The notes beneath the pieces are model-generated. The model ran no database searches. It was not told the DNA's origin and saw only the letters and a list, made by a program, of their open reading frames with translations. A DNA stretch of 64,000 nucleotides from assembly GCA_049322955.1 (NCBI GenBank), contig JBMOPU010000012.1, forward strand, positions 886,186 through 950,185. The letters are read 5' to 3'. Below, in pieces: positions 1-9,668 of the stretch; position 1 is the stretch's first letter, and each line of letters starts with the position of its first letter. Source of the DNA: Patescibacteria group bacterium (GTDB taxonomy: Bacteria > Patescibacteriota > Microgenomatia > UBA10105 > UBA927). The position numbers and the translations under genes are program-made.

Positions 1-656
1 GGTCGTGGACAAAATATTAAATAGAATATTATCGCTGTTGCGACGGTAAGAATAACGCCTCCATACAAGGGTGAACTAAATCCTAATCCTCCGTTAAAGA
101 AAACAGTGATTAACGCAATAGAAATTGCAGAAGGGAGAATTGAGCCATGACCTTCTAATATAGGCAGGATATATTTCATAAATAACGGCAGAGCGACATA
201 CACAGAAAAAGTAGTTGCGGCACCAAGCTTCCATAGCTCTAATAAAAAATAATTAATTCCGTAAAAAAAAGCTGCAATGAGGGGAAAATATCGATATGGA
301 AAAAGTTTATTAATTGATCGTGCAAATAAATAAATCGAAAGTAGTATCGCAAAAAACCAGAAGATAAAAGTTAAACGTTGAGCGTCGGTTATAGATAATC
401 CTAAATAGCTACCGAAGGCAAGAACGGTGTGAATGAATAATGAGCCAAAATGCATTGAGGTTTCTTGACCAAGACTATCGACATGTGTCCAGGCAAAAAA
501 ACGATTGAGATAGGTACTCTGTATGTTAATCGGATAAGCCGCGTCATTTCCCGTTACATATTGCCCCGGACCGATCCAAATAAGAGGAATTAAACTGACA
601 ATGAACAGGAGAAATAGGTCTACAAAGAGAGGAGAATTTTTAAAAACTCTACTCAT
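1..656 (-). CDS. polytopic membrane protein, N-terminal portion; the gene runs off the window start (GT-C-like, uncharacterised)
   Basis: I translated the minus strand by hand from ATG at 656..654 down to position 3 and found no stop (MSRVFKNSPLFVDLFLLFIVSLIPLIWIGPGQYVTGNDAAYP...). There are several hydrophobic helices. The ORF is absent from the ORF track because its stop lies outside the window. Its ATG overlaps the stop of the 653..1279 gene as ATGA. Confidence 0.5.
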   Translation of the reverse strand, partial: MSRVFKNSPLFVDLFLLFIVSLIPLIWIGPGQYVTGNDAAYPINIQSTYLNRFFAWTHVDSLGQETSMHFGSLFIHTVLAFGSYLGLSITDAQRLTFIFWFFAILLSIYLFARSINKLFPYRYFPLIAAFFYGINYFLLELWKLGAATTFSVYVALPLFMKYILPILEGHGSILPSAISIALITVFFNGGLGFSSPLYGGVILTVATAIIFYLIFCPR

Positions 657-1279
657 ACTTTTTTAACCGCAAATAAATCAAAGCATATGGATGGAACGCG
701 AAAAAAAATAACTTCCGAAATAAGCGAAATGAAGCCCCAAAAAAAATACGGTTTATGTCTGATACCCGCATGCTCCGTTCGTAATATTTTTAACCCTCTA
801 AGACCGTATACGACATATCCTAATTTAGTCAAATCACTAATTACCCAACCTGATTTATGAACCTGATACGGATTACCGTCGTACGCTTCTTGTTCATAAA
901 AACCATTTGGTGTTAATAGAATAATTTTTTTTCTGGCTATTTTCTCCATGGATTTAATCATTTTGATTGCCTCGCTCTTTTCAAGATGCTCGATGACATC
1001 AATTGATACAACCGCATCAAAACTCTTATTTTTATAATAATTTCCTAATCTACGTATATCCCCTAACTTATAAGAGTCGTGAAGCTTTCTTTTTTTACTT
1101 AGCTGCAGAGTTTTAGGATATATTTCGATGCCTTCACTTATAAATGTTTTACGAATATGCCCTATTGCGGAATTATATCCGCACCCCACATCCAAAACAG
1201 TTTTACAACCTCGCAGATGCCATTCAAGGCATTTAAAGAAAAAAATATTTTGAATATAGACGATAAAATTACGCAGCAT
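653..1279 (-). CDS. class I SAM-dependent methyltransferase
   Basis: Motif I VLDVGCGYN and a D-acidic motif II (AVVSIDVIEH) fit the Methyltransf_11/23 type. Length 208 aa. Confidence 0.75.
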   Translation of the reverse strand: MLRNFIVYIQNIFFFKCLEWHLRGCKTVLDVGCGYNSAIGHIRKTFISEGIEIYPKTLQLSKKRKLHDSYKLGDIRRLGNYYKNKSFDAVVSIDVIEHLEKSEAIKMIKSMEKIARKKIILLTPNGFYEQEAYDGNPYQVHKSGWVISDLTKLGYVVYGLRGLKILRTEHAGIRHKPYFFWGFISLISEVIFFRVPSICFDLFAVKKV

Positions 1280-2543
1280 AATTGCTCATGATGAAAAAAG
1301 CATTGGCGAATGTTCTTTCCCAGGTCGCATTCTTTGCATAATCATATGCACGACTTCTCATTTGTATATAACGTTTTCTATCAGATAGCAATGAAATCAC
1401 GGCGTTGCTGAACTCTCTAATGGTATCATTAACAACGAGGGCACCGCCATACTCAGCTACTTCTTTGCCTAACGGGGGGACTTTTGAGGAGATAACGGGT
1501 AGTCCGGCCGCACAGTACGCACGAATTTTACCAGCATCGGCATAAAACCTTATTGAACCTGGAAAAGATCGGTAGGGCGCAACTCCAAGCGCGCATTCAC
1601 GAAGCAAACTTGCCATTTTCGCTCCATCGGGTACATATCCGTAAAATTTAATATTTTTTTCTAAGTGAAGTTCTGCGACTAGTGATTGAAGTACGGGCAA
1701 TCGCTCCCCACCACCTATAATCCGCAACGTCGCTGTAGGGATTGCTTTTCGGATCTTTTGCATTGCGCGAATGATAAGATCTGGGCCATTCTCTTCACCC
1801 AAGGTCCCCATATAAACTAAGGCATGCTTTTTAATTTTAGTAATTTTTAAGGATTGAATTTGTGTAGCTAATAGACCGTTCGGAACATGAATGACCGGAG
1901 CTGATCTTACTGCGTTAAGCCCTGCAGAAATACGTGCCGGCTGCATAGCTTTCGAGACATCCCATATGTAATCCGAATGCATAGCCGCAAACCGATCAAG
2001 AACTAGATAAACCCGGTTAAAAAGTTTGTTGGCATACCGGTTTGGAGAATAATCCGATACGTAGTAGACGACCGTCTTCACCCTGCCGATGAAACGTAGG
2101 AGAATGCCCGCGATTGCATTGACGCTCTCAAGACCGATAAAGTAGTCAAAGCGGGTACTATCCCGAAATGCCCAATCGATCACCGACAGGAAATCCCGTA
2201 TCTTGAACGGCACCTGGGTGGCGTTGCTGTTGGTGAGCCGTAAAAACGGCGAAAGTATTCCGTACCACCAACCCATTTTATGAGAAATATATTTTTTGTT
2301 TCCGTCGTTGTATTCCTCGATTTTGTACGATATATCCTCTTCGCCCGGAACCAGCTGATCGAGTAAGACTAATTTTTTCACCCGGGGAAGCAAAAAATCA
2401 CGGAGCGGCTCGACGCTTCCGTTGGTCGGCATTCGTTTGCCGTTAGACCAGAGGGAAAAGGTCGCAAAAAAAACGGTACTGTCGGGAGAAAGGGTAAAGT
2501 TACGTACGTTTTTCATGCTGGACCCGAAGTTTTGCTTCTTCAA
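1269..2543 (-). CDS. glycosyltransferase family 4 (GT-B, Glycos_transf_1)
   Basis: C-terminal GT4 signature: VYMGTLGEENGPDLIIRAMQKI ... LRIIGGGERLPVLQSLV ... KFYGYVPD. Confidence 0.8.
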   Translation of the reverse strand: MKKQNFGSSMKNVRNFTLSPDSTVFFATFSLWSNGKRMPTNGSVEPLRDFLLPRVKKLVLLDQLVPGEEDISYKIEEYNDGNKKYISHKMGWWYGILSPFLRLTNSNATQVPFKIRDFLSVIDWAFRDSTRFDYFIGLESVNAIAGILLRFIGRVKTVVYYVSDYSPNRYANKLFNRVYLVLDRFAAMHSDYIWDVSKAMQPARISAGLNAVRSAPVIHVPNGLLATQIQSLKITKIKKHALVYMGTLGEENGPDLIIRAMQKIRKAIPTATLRIIGGGERLPVLQSLVAELHLEKNIKFYGYVPDGAKMASLLRECALGVAPYRSFPGSIRFYADAGKIRAYCAAGLPVISSKVPPLGKEVAEYGGALVVNDTIREFSNAVISLLSDRKRYIQMRSRAYDYAKNATWERTFANAFFIMSNYAA

Positions 2544-3324
2544 CCATCGCGGCTATCCCCTCCCGCAACTCGATTGAGGGAAGCCAGCCGGGAACCCTGC
2601 CGCAGTTGGGTGAAGCGATAGGATCGTGTCCCTTTTTGGTACCAGGAATCACCTTCGCGTTTGTCATGTCGGCGATCAAATTGGCAACATCAATGATACG
2701 TACCCATTCGTAACTGCTGGCGTCATAGACGGTTCGTCGCGGCTTTTTTTCGTTGAGCGCCATATAGAATGCGTTGGATAAGTCGGTAATATGTGTGAAC
2801 TGCCGCCATTCCTCGCCGTCGGTCATCATGGTGATCTTTTTTGTTTTTAGAGCCTGGTAGATAAAATCTGAGATCACGTGACTTTTGATATCCTCCCCTT
2901 CCATATAACCGTAGGCATTCCAGACCCGAACACAGACGCCGTTTAACAACCCCGTCCATACTTCTCCTAAGCGCTTGGTCACACCGTAGACCGTGTCCAC
3001 TTCCTCGGACAACTGGCTGGAAACAAACAAAAAGGGTTTTTTTGCCTTCTCCACCTGATCAAAAACATTTTTCATCAGGGCAAGATTCCAATCGAGCTGA
3101 TTTTTCTGAAGCTTCGGCACATAAAGATACTTACTCCCGCCGACATCCCACGCCAAAAAATAGACTTTATCAACTTTCGCCAGCGGGAGCTTGGCAAACC
3201 GCGCATCTTCCTTTTTTCCTCGCTTCACATCGAATCGTATTACCTTTTCGCCTTTCGCCTCCAAAAATCGGCAAAACGGCGTGCCGATAAATCCATCCGA
3301 ACCGATAACGAGATTGGTCTGCAT
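2500..3324 (-). CDS. NAD(P)-dependent sugar-nucleotide epimerase/reductase (short SDR)
   Basis: N-terminal Rossmann motif VIGSDGFIGTPF and a YxxxK catalytic motif (YGVTK). Length 274 aa. It sits directly downstream of the GME-like gene. Confidence 0.65.
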   Translation of the reverse strand: MQTNLVIGSDGFIGTPFCRFLEAKGEKVIRFDVKRGKKEDARFAKLPLAKVDKVYFLAWDVGGSKYLYVPKLQKNQLDWNLALMKNVFDQVEKAKKPFLFVSSQLSEEVDTVYGVTKRLGEVWTGLLNGVCVRVWNAYGYMEGEDIKSHVISDFIYQALKTKKITMMTDGEEWRQFTHITDLSNAFYMALNEKKPRRTVYDASSYEWVRIIDVANLIADMTNAKVIPGTKKGHDPIASPNCGRVPGWLPSIELREGIAAMVEEAKLRVQHEKRT

Positions 3325-3332
3325 ACAAGGAA

Positions 3333-4328
3333 TTATTTATCTTTGCGGTTATGACGCACCTGTTCGTTGATCCATACGTAGGTCTGGGCGAGACCGTCAT
3401 AGAGCTTGGTCGAAGGTGCCCAGCCGAGCTTCTTTTTGATGAGGCGATTATCAGATGATCTCCCGCGAACACCTAACGGTCCTTTAATGTGTTTAATCTT
3501 TAACTTTTTGCCGGCGATCTTCATCACCATTTCGGCCAGTTCATTAATACTCACCATTTCTTCGGATCCGATGTTGACCGGACCTTCAAAATCACTGTCC
3601 ATGAGCTTGCGTACTCCGTTTAAACACTCGTCGATATACAGGTATGACCGCGTCTGTTTCCCGTCCCCCCACATTTCGATGGTGCCGCCGTCTTTTGCCT
3701 GCGCAACCTTCCGACACATGGCGGCGGGTGATTTTTCCTTTCCGTTATTCCAACTTCCCTCGGGACCGAATATGTTATGGAATCGCGCGATGTGCACTTC
3801 CATACCGTAGTTACGCTTATACGCAAGATACATCCGTTCGCCGAAGATTTTCTCCCACCCGTATTCACTATCGGGTGCGGCGGGATATGCGGAAGATTCC
3901 TCGCAATTGGGGTTATTGGGATCCATCTGATTCCGTTCCGGATATATGCAGGCCGATGAGGAGAAAAAGATTTTCTTTATTTTGGCAAGTCTTCCGTAAT
4001 GCAGTGCATTGAGATTTATTTGTGCCGAATTATGCATGACGTCGGCATCATGATCTCCCGTAAAGATATATCCTGCGCCCCCCATATCGGCCGCCAATTG
4101 ATACACCTCATCAAACGGCAAGTTAAAGACTTTCTGACAAAATTTCTGATCACGAAGATCGCCGAGCAGGAACTCGTCAGCAGGACTTTTGCTGTATTCG
4201 TGACGTTTGATGTCTGCTCCCCGCACCCAATAGCCTTCAGCCTTCAGTCGCTTTACCATATGACCGCCGATAAAGCCTCCTGCACCGCACACTAACGCTA
4301 TTTTATGATTTCGTGATATTTTTTTCAT
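3333..4328 (-). CDS. GDP-mannose 3,5-epimerase-like enzyme (GME family, extended SDR)
   Basis: Rossmann motif VCGAGGFIGGH. Conserved blocks match plant GME as I recall it: LAADMGGAGYI, FSSSACIYPE, YGWEK (YxxxK), RFHNIFGPEGSW, GKEKSPAAMCRK, MWGDGKQTRSY, IDECLNGV, PVNIGSEEMVSINELAEMV, GVRGRSSDNRLIKKKLGWAP. Confidence 0.8.
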   Translation of the reverse strand: MKKISRNHKIALVCGAGGFIGGHMVKRLKAEGYWVRGADIKRHEYSKSPADEFLLGDLRDQKFCQKVFNLPFDEVYQLAADMGGAGYIFTGDHDADVMHNSAQINLNALHYGRLAKIKKIFFSSSACIYPERNQMDPNNPNCEESSAYPAAPDSEYGWEKIFGERMYLAYKRNYGMEVHIARFHNIFGPEGSWNNGKEKSPAAMCRKVAQAKDGGTIEMWGDGKQTRSYLYIDECLNGVRKLMDSDFEGPVNIGSEEMVSINELAEMVMKIAGKKLKIKHIKGPLGVRGRSSDNRLIKKKLGWAPSTKLYDGLAQTYVWINEQVRHNRKDK

Positions 4329-4344
4329 AGACTATAAAAGTAGG

Positions 4345-6360
4345 TTACTCTCGCGAATAATTATTTATTTTGATTATTATACATATTCCGGCAAAAATTA
4401 CCCATGCCAGGATGAGCAGGGGGCCTACAACGGATTGAGGAACATATCTTACAGTTGCAACTCCATGAACTCCTTTCGGAATCGTATATTCCTGCAAACC
4501 GTCGGGTGTTCGCTTTGGTTTCAATTCGATATCTTGCACTGAAAGCATCCAATACGGATTGTATGTCTCTGAAAAAATGATTGAAGCATCGCTATCACGC
4601 TCTGGTAGTACTAATGAGTATTCAGCTGGGGATATCATCGATACCGAAATTGATTGATTTGGCTGATCCACAAAAAAAGCATGGCCAAACGATATCGATG
4701 TACGCCAAATTGAAATACCGTCTATACGATCGTATCTTTCATAACGACGTGTTTCGTCAATGGCATTAATTATTGACTGCCGAGCATTATTATCCGGTTT
4801 TCCGTCTTTTACAAAAAGTTCATGTTCTACATCACTCGGAACAACAATATACTTGACTCCGTATCGTGCCAGCTGTTTATCATTTCCCTCTTCGGTGATC
4901 CAGGGAATAAACGCAGAGGTGCTGGCAATAGACAGTGTCTCTAATGAGATTGCTCGCTTGTTATCATCATAGTAACCGTATCTACTTCTGGTTGGAACCC
5001 ACAGAACCCGTGCAAAACCGTTATCCTCTCTCAGAAAATCCTTTAGTAAGACATATTCATTGGGTACTTTACCTGGAACTAATGTGCCGCGTATCCCGCC
5101 GGCATAAAAATCTCTGAAAGCGAACAACAGTAGACTCAACAATAAAGCAAAAAACCCCGTGCGAAGGTATATAAACAGTTTTTTATGTTTGATTGCGCGC
5201 ATAACAGCATCATTACTACGTTCTAACGTGTAGGCAATAAGCACCGTATAGGAGATTGAAATGAGAACATAAAATTTTGTCGGATCACGAAACATAACAA
5301 ATCCGGGAACATGCACGAACATCCACTCATAAAGAGATCCGAAAGGTTGATTAACCCCTTTTGCTAAAAATGCTCCAATGAGTCCCATAAAAGCGAAGAA
5401 CAAAATTTTTATTTTTTTCTCACGATCTTCCTTACCAAGGAACAACAGGGAACTGAAGGCAAGAATGGGAAATACAAGAAATTCGGGTCGTAAAAATGAC
5501 ATTTTTCCGAAGATATTTTCCGGCCAATTCGGATGAAGCAATGACATGGTATGAGATTGGTCTGCGAAACTGAAAAAGCGAAGCGCATCGGAAGATAAAT
5601 ATACCGGGCTCAACAAGGTATCGATGGGCGTTCGGTAAATAATTAACGGGAGGATCCAATACGCATGCAACCCGAAAATTATGAGGCCGGCACCGGTCCC
5701 GACTAACATGAGCCTAATATATACAACTTTCTTTACTCCTTTATTCAAAAAAACAAATACAATATAGGGCACAATTGCCATTACGGTGATATAAAAAATT
5801 CGCGCGTCAAACATAAGCTGAATGGCACCTATGACACCGACTAAACAGGTGGTGCGTACCAACTTGATAGATTCTCTATGGAGCAGATCCACAAGATGCA
5901 TGCTGAGATGAATAACAAGTGGTGCTATCGCAATTGCCCAAATCACTCCCATTTGTCCTCCTGAGAGAACCATAATAAAGTGCGTATTTATCACATACAG
6001 AATTCCCAGGAAAGAGAAGCGCGCCCTGACTAGGGACTGGGTAAGCCTGATGCTTGAAAATAATGCGATGATGATAAGCGGGATAAACCACACGATTCTC
6101 TCCGTAAATTCCCACGGAAGAGACATATTGGAAGCTATCCGGGCGGTGATAATGTACCACGTATCAAGAGGGGCCAATATCATTTTCCCCCCGCCCAATC
6201 CGTTTCCAAAATAGGTTGACCATGAAACCACCCATGGGTTCATGGAGCTGGAAAGCTCGACAAATCTGTATCCCCAATCGCCTGATGAAAGCGTACCGCT
6301 GATTCCCCATCGAACAAATATCGGGAGCAGTAACGTCATTGACAAGAATACGAAGATCAT
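4345..6360 (-). CDS. large polytopic membrane protein with YfhO-type C-terminal module (GT-C-like)
   Basis: Many TM helices followed by a C-terminal soluble domain ending YNPYWMLSVQD...IPKGVHGVATVRYVPQS and a final TM anchor. This is the same module seen in the YfhO-like proteins of the window. Sequence is AT-rich. Confidence 0.5.
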   Translation of the reverse strand: MIFVFLSMTLLLPIFVRWGISGTLSSGDWGYRFVELSSSMNPWVVSWSTYFGNGLGGGKMILAPLDTWYIITARIASNMSLPWEFTERIVWFIPLIIIALFSSIRLTQSLVRARFSFLGILYVINTHFIMVLSGGQMGVIWAIAIAPLVIHLSMHLVDLLHRESIKLVRTTCLVGVIGAIQLMFDARIFYITVMAIVPYIVFVFLNKGVKKVVYIRLMLVGTGAGLIIFGLHAYWILPLIIYRTPIDTLLSPVYLSSDALRFFSFADQSHTMSLLHPNWPENIFGKMSFLRPEFLVFPILAFSSLLFLGKEDREKKIKILFFAFMGLIGAFLAKGVNQPFGSLYEWMFVHVPGFVMFRDPTKFYVLISISYTVLIAYTLERSNDAVMRAIKHKKLFIYLRTGFFALLLSLLLFAFRDFYAGGIRGTLVPGKVPNEYVLLKDFLREDNGFARVLWVPTRSRYGYYDDNKRAISLETLSIASTSAFIPWITEEGNDKQLARYGVKYIVVPSDVEHELFVKDGKPDNNARQSIINAIDETRRYERYDRIDGISIWRTSISFGHAFFVDQPNQSISVSMISPAEYSLVLPERDSDASIIFSETYNPYWMLSVQDIELKPKRTPDGLQEYTIPKGVHGVATVRYVPQSVVGPLLILAWVIFAGICIIIKINNYSRE

Positions 6361-6371
6361 AATTATTTAAG

Positions 6372-7424
6372 CTACGATTGCCCTAGCTTTCGTACAATTT
6401 TTCTCAACGGTGAAATTATTCTTGATAATCTTGCTCTTATACTACTTCCGTTGTATTCCCATATGTACGCGCATAGGGCAAGTGCGATGAAATAATAAGT
6501 CCAAACTGCATACCCTTCGGCGATATCAATTTTGTTGAGTGCCACGTATACGGTCGAAAGCATATACATGGCCAAACCTACGATAAAATAGGCACTTCCG
6601 CCGATATTAAACTTTACGATTACAAAAAATAGAGTGGCAAGCTTAAAATATAGCTCTGCTTCATATCCCATTTCCTGTAGCGGTACATATACTGAACTAT
6701 ATATCCGATACGCAATAAACACTATTAATGTTGCGGTTACATACCTGTTGTTCATTATTTTCCATATCAAATACAACAGTGTCGGCAGAAGATATAAAAG
6801 AATATAGGAATAAAACTCCACGTCCTGTGATAGATTTTCAATTTTTATCTTAAAGTATTTCATAAATGTCTCTAAATCTTTCAAGGGATGTATCTTGTCT
6901 ACACGATATTTTGTTAAAAAGGCGACAGTATCAAAATGCACCTGTATACCTTCCCCTTTCGTATATTCGCTTTCAAGCGTAACGGTGTATCGTATATTTT
7001 TAGATTCAATAATCGTTGGAAATCCTAGAGGGTAAAAATTTCCCCCGTAAAGGACACGCATGTCATAGTGTCCCGTAAATAACAGTTCGCCCGTGTCCTG
7101 ATTCATTAATTTGAAAGTAATTACCCCTTCTGGATCTTCTTTAGGTAACTTGAAACGCAGTGCAATCGTTCCGAGGTTATTCATCTGGGATGTGAAACTG
7201 AACTGCACGGTTCCCGGGTTGGGCAAAGTTACATATTCATTCTCTTCTACATTTTTCTGATGATAAAAATTCAAGGAAAAAAAGCTTGCTCCCGGATAAT
7301 TAACAATCCCGTATAAAAATCCGATAAGCGCCAATATGCACGGAATAATGATCCAGGCAACACTTACCTTTAGAAGATGGTAAAGCTTAAAATATTGTTT
7401 TTTTTCCATGGAAGATTTCTTCAT
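6372..7424 (-). CDS. membrane protein with N-terminal anchor, ~200-aa extracytoplasmic domain and C-terminal TM bundle
   Basis: One TM, then a hydrophilic beta-rich stretch, then 4-5 TM helices. An A8 tract lies at codons 7-9 (coords 7398..7405). Function unknown. Confidence 0.45.
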   Translation of the reverse strand: MKKSSMEKKQYFKLYHLLKVSVAWIIIPCILALIGFLYGIVNYPGASFFSLNFYHQKNVEENEYVTLPNPGTVQFSFTSQMNNLGTIALRFKLPKEDPEGVITFKLMNQDTGELLFTGHYDMRVLYGGNFYPLGFPTIIESKNIRYTVTLESEYTKGEGIQVHFDTVAFLTKYRVDKIHPLKDLETFMKYFKIKIENLSQDVEFYSYILLYLLPTLLYLIWKIMNNRYVTATLIVFIAYRIYSSVYVPLQEMGYEAELYFKLATLFFVIVKFNIGGSAYFIVGLAMYMLSTVYVALNKIDIAEGYAVWTYYFIALALCAYIWEYNGSSIRARLSRIISPLRKIVRKLGQS

Positions 7425-7433
7425 ACACTCCGC

Positions 7434-9668
7434 TTAATTGACACTTTTTCCCTTTTTTTGTACATAGCCAGCGTAAAGTACCAATGCGATAGAGATAATG
7501 TAACCCGTTATGCTTATGAAATTACCTATATTCTGCAGTCGCTTCGGCTCAAAAATTATTTTTAATTTTATGGGCTGGTCGCCACCTTCATATCCCCGTA
7601 TATTTCGCATTTGCGCCGTATCGATCTTCCATGCATTAGCGTAGTCATACACTCTCGTATTCATTCCCGTCATATACGGTATTGTATATTTGCCCTGTTT
7701 GTCCTCCAGGTAGATCCGCCAGGTTCGGTAATATGGCTCAAGCAATACCATATATTGGACTTTATCCGCATTATTTATTGTGACAGTATATTCCCCTTCA
7801 TTATTCTTAACATACGAAAAATTATCGTTAAGTTGAACTTCAGAGAGTGAAGCGGTGAGATAAAGGACATCAGTAATATATGCGGGATTGATTTCATATA
7901 ATTCATATCGATCGCCGAAACTGGCAATAACGTTTCCGGTCATATGATTGATAAATTCATCATCCTGTAGCGTATCCAATTTATTCGAACCCCATAACCA
8001 GAGCGCATAGTTTGCAGAAGATGCAGGAAGCCGCTGTTTGTTTACGATAATGTATCGAATACCCAACTCCTGAAATATTTTTCCCACTGCTTCATAATTC
8101 CTTTCTTTTATATTCTTGATAATTGTTTGGGCAATCCCCGGACGGGACGGTATATCGAAGCTTAGCTCTCCCGTGTAATCTATTTTATTTGTTAATGGGG
8201 TAATAATTGACGGTCCGCTATAGAAATGATTCGGTAGTTTTCCGTCTTCAATATAGATATATGATGGAAAAGTAAGAGGTAACCATACGAAATGCGCTCC
8301 CGTATCCATATTTTTTAGATAACGAACCATATCATTAAAATCCTGATTCAAAGTTCCTGAAATTTTTGTGGAAAACTGCTCACTTCTATGTTGTGGAAAT
8401 AGAAAGTTAAATCCTGAATAGACGGTGAGCACAATAATTGCGCATGCAAAAAATACGGCCAATTTCTTGTGCAGGTTTCCGATAATCCAAAGACTCCATG
8501 AGAGAAGGAATGCGTACTGAAATGCTAATGGTAGCGCAAATTTATCATACGAGGTTTTGAACATTGCGAATAATGGCACATATGAGTTGAGCAGTAAAAA
8601 TAATTTAAGGCTCCAAACATCTATATTTGGAGTAAATAAAATTACGGTAAATAAAAATGAAAAAATGCTCAATAAATAGATGGTTCTCCTATTATTTCTC
8701 TTTAGTCGGGCAAAGAGTATGCCTCCCAAAAGCACCGGCCAAAGATAGAGTGAATTCAGTGGATTAAATACGATATTCATTCCCCATCCTGTTCGTTCCT
8801 GTTGAAAAAACTGCGCTAAAATTGGATTGAGATGTGAGATCGCCGCAATATAATTTGCGTTCGCACGCGAGGCCGCCTTCAACGAATCAAATGATAACGC
8901 GGCAGATGAGCCAGCTTCAGTAATCAATTGAGAAGCAATTAGATGTATTATCCAGTGCGTGTTAAGTACAAGAAATGAGCATAAAAATATTGACGTAATT
9001 TTGATAAACACTAACGGTTTCCTTTTAAATTCTAAAAAAAGCAATGGAAGAACAGAAAAAAAGAATGCCCCATACCATGGAAGAGTTATGAGAGTCGCAC
9101 TTACTGCTGAATATATCAATGCACATAAGACGGGAAGAATATACCGCTCCTCCCGAACAGATATAATAAACAAATAGAGAAGCAACGGACACACGCTAAC
9201 TGCGAAAATAGACATGAGCTCATGGGTGTATAGCGTAGTGATGACAAAATTTGATAATACATAAGATAGTGCTGCGGCTATTTTAAATACCCAGCCGAAT
9301 CCAGATGCATCTGCTTTCAATTTGCCCATCAGAAGATAGAAAAACACAAATCCTGCTGCCAAATTAACTCCGTACATGGCAAATTGCACATTATGCCAGG
9401 GAATAAGCGATATTATCCAGATAAATATATAAAAGGGAGTTAAAAATGCTGGCGATGCATAAACACCGTACGTACCGAGTCTGTTTTGCGTAATAATGGA
9501 AGATGAATAGTGTTCAAAAAACGGTTTTGGCATAACATAATACAATCGCGTATCATCCCCACCGACATGATATAGTTGACCCCAAAAGAGCAAAGGAATT
9601 AAAAAAAGCGTAACGGCGATGAATGCCACTGCATATTTTGACAGAAAATTAAATATTACTTTTTTCAT
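7434..9668 (-). CDS. large polytopic membrane protein (GT-C-like) with C-terminal extracytoplasmic domain and TM anchor
   Basis: 744 aa. About 430 aa of TM helices with an early loop motif HVGGDDTRLYY, then a ~300-aa soluble domain containing YYRTWRIYLEDKQG, then a terminal TM. Confidence 0.5.
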   Translation of the reverse strand: MKKVIFNFLSKYAVAFIAVTLFLIPLLFWGQLYHVGGDDTRLYYVMPKPFFEHYSSSIITQNRLGTYGVYASPAFLTPFYIFIWIISLIPWHNVQFAMYGVNLAAGFVFFYLLMGKLKADASGFGWVFKIAAALSYVLSNFVITTLYTHELMSIFAVSVCPLLLYLFIISVREERYILPVLCALIYSAVSATLITLPWYGAFFFSVLPLLFLEFKRKPLVFIKITSIFLCSFLVLNTHWIIHLIASQLITEAGSSAALSFDSLKAASRANANYIAAISHLNPILAQFFQQERTGWGMNIVFNPLNSLYLWPVLLGGILFARLKRNNRRTIYLLSIFSFLFTVILFTPNIDVWSLKLFLLLNSYVPLFAMFKTSYDKFALPLAFQYAFLLSWSLWIIGNLHKKLAVFFACAIIVLTVYSGFNFLFPQHRSEQFSTKISGTLNQDFNDMVRYLKNMDTGAHFVWLPLTFPSYIYIEDGKLPNHFYSGPSIITPLTNKIDYTGELSFDIPSRPGIAQTIIKNIKERNYEAVGKIFQELGIRYIIVNKQRLPASSANYALWLWGSNKLDTLQDDEFINHMTGNVIASFGDRYELYEINPAYITDVLYLTASLSEVQLNDNFSYVKNNEGEYTVTINNADKVQYMVLLEPYYRTWRIYLEDKQGKYTIPYMTGMNTRVYDYANAWKIDTAQMRNIRGYEGGDQPIKLKIIFEPKRLQNIGNFISITGYIISIALVLYAGYVQKKGKSVN

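Noticed and set aside
1-652. Apparent non-coding AT-rich leader, since no ORF is listed here in the ORF track.
   Set aside because: Manual translation shows a stop-free minus-strand frame from 656 to the window edge encoding TM helices. It is an edge-truncated CDS, not an intergenic region.
2723-4295. Numerous 60-160-aa ORFs in alternative frames or antisense inside the epimerase genes (e.g. 2723..2959, 3042..3290, 3406..3810, 3644..4012). Similar nested ORFs occur throughout the window.
   Set aside because: They lie wholly inside long, well-supported CDSs with recognisable domains. They have low-complexity, Arg/Pro-rich translations typical of GC-rich off-frame ORFs, and no independent start context.
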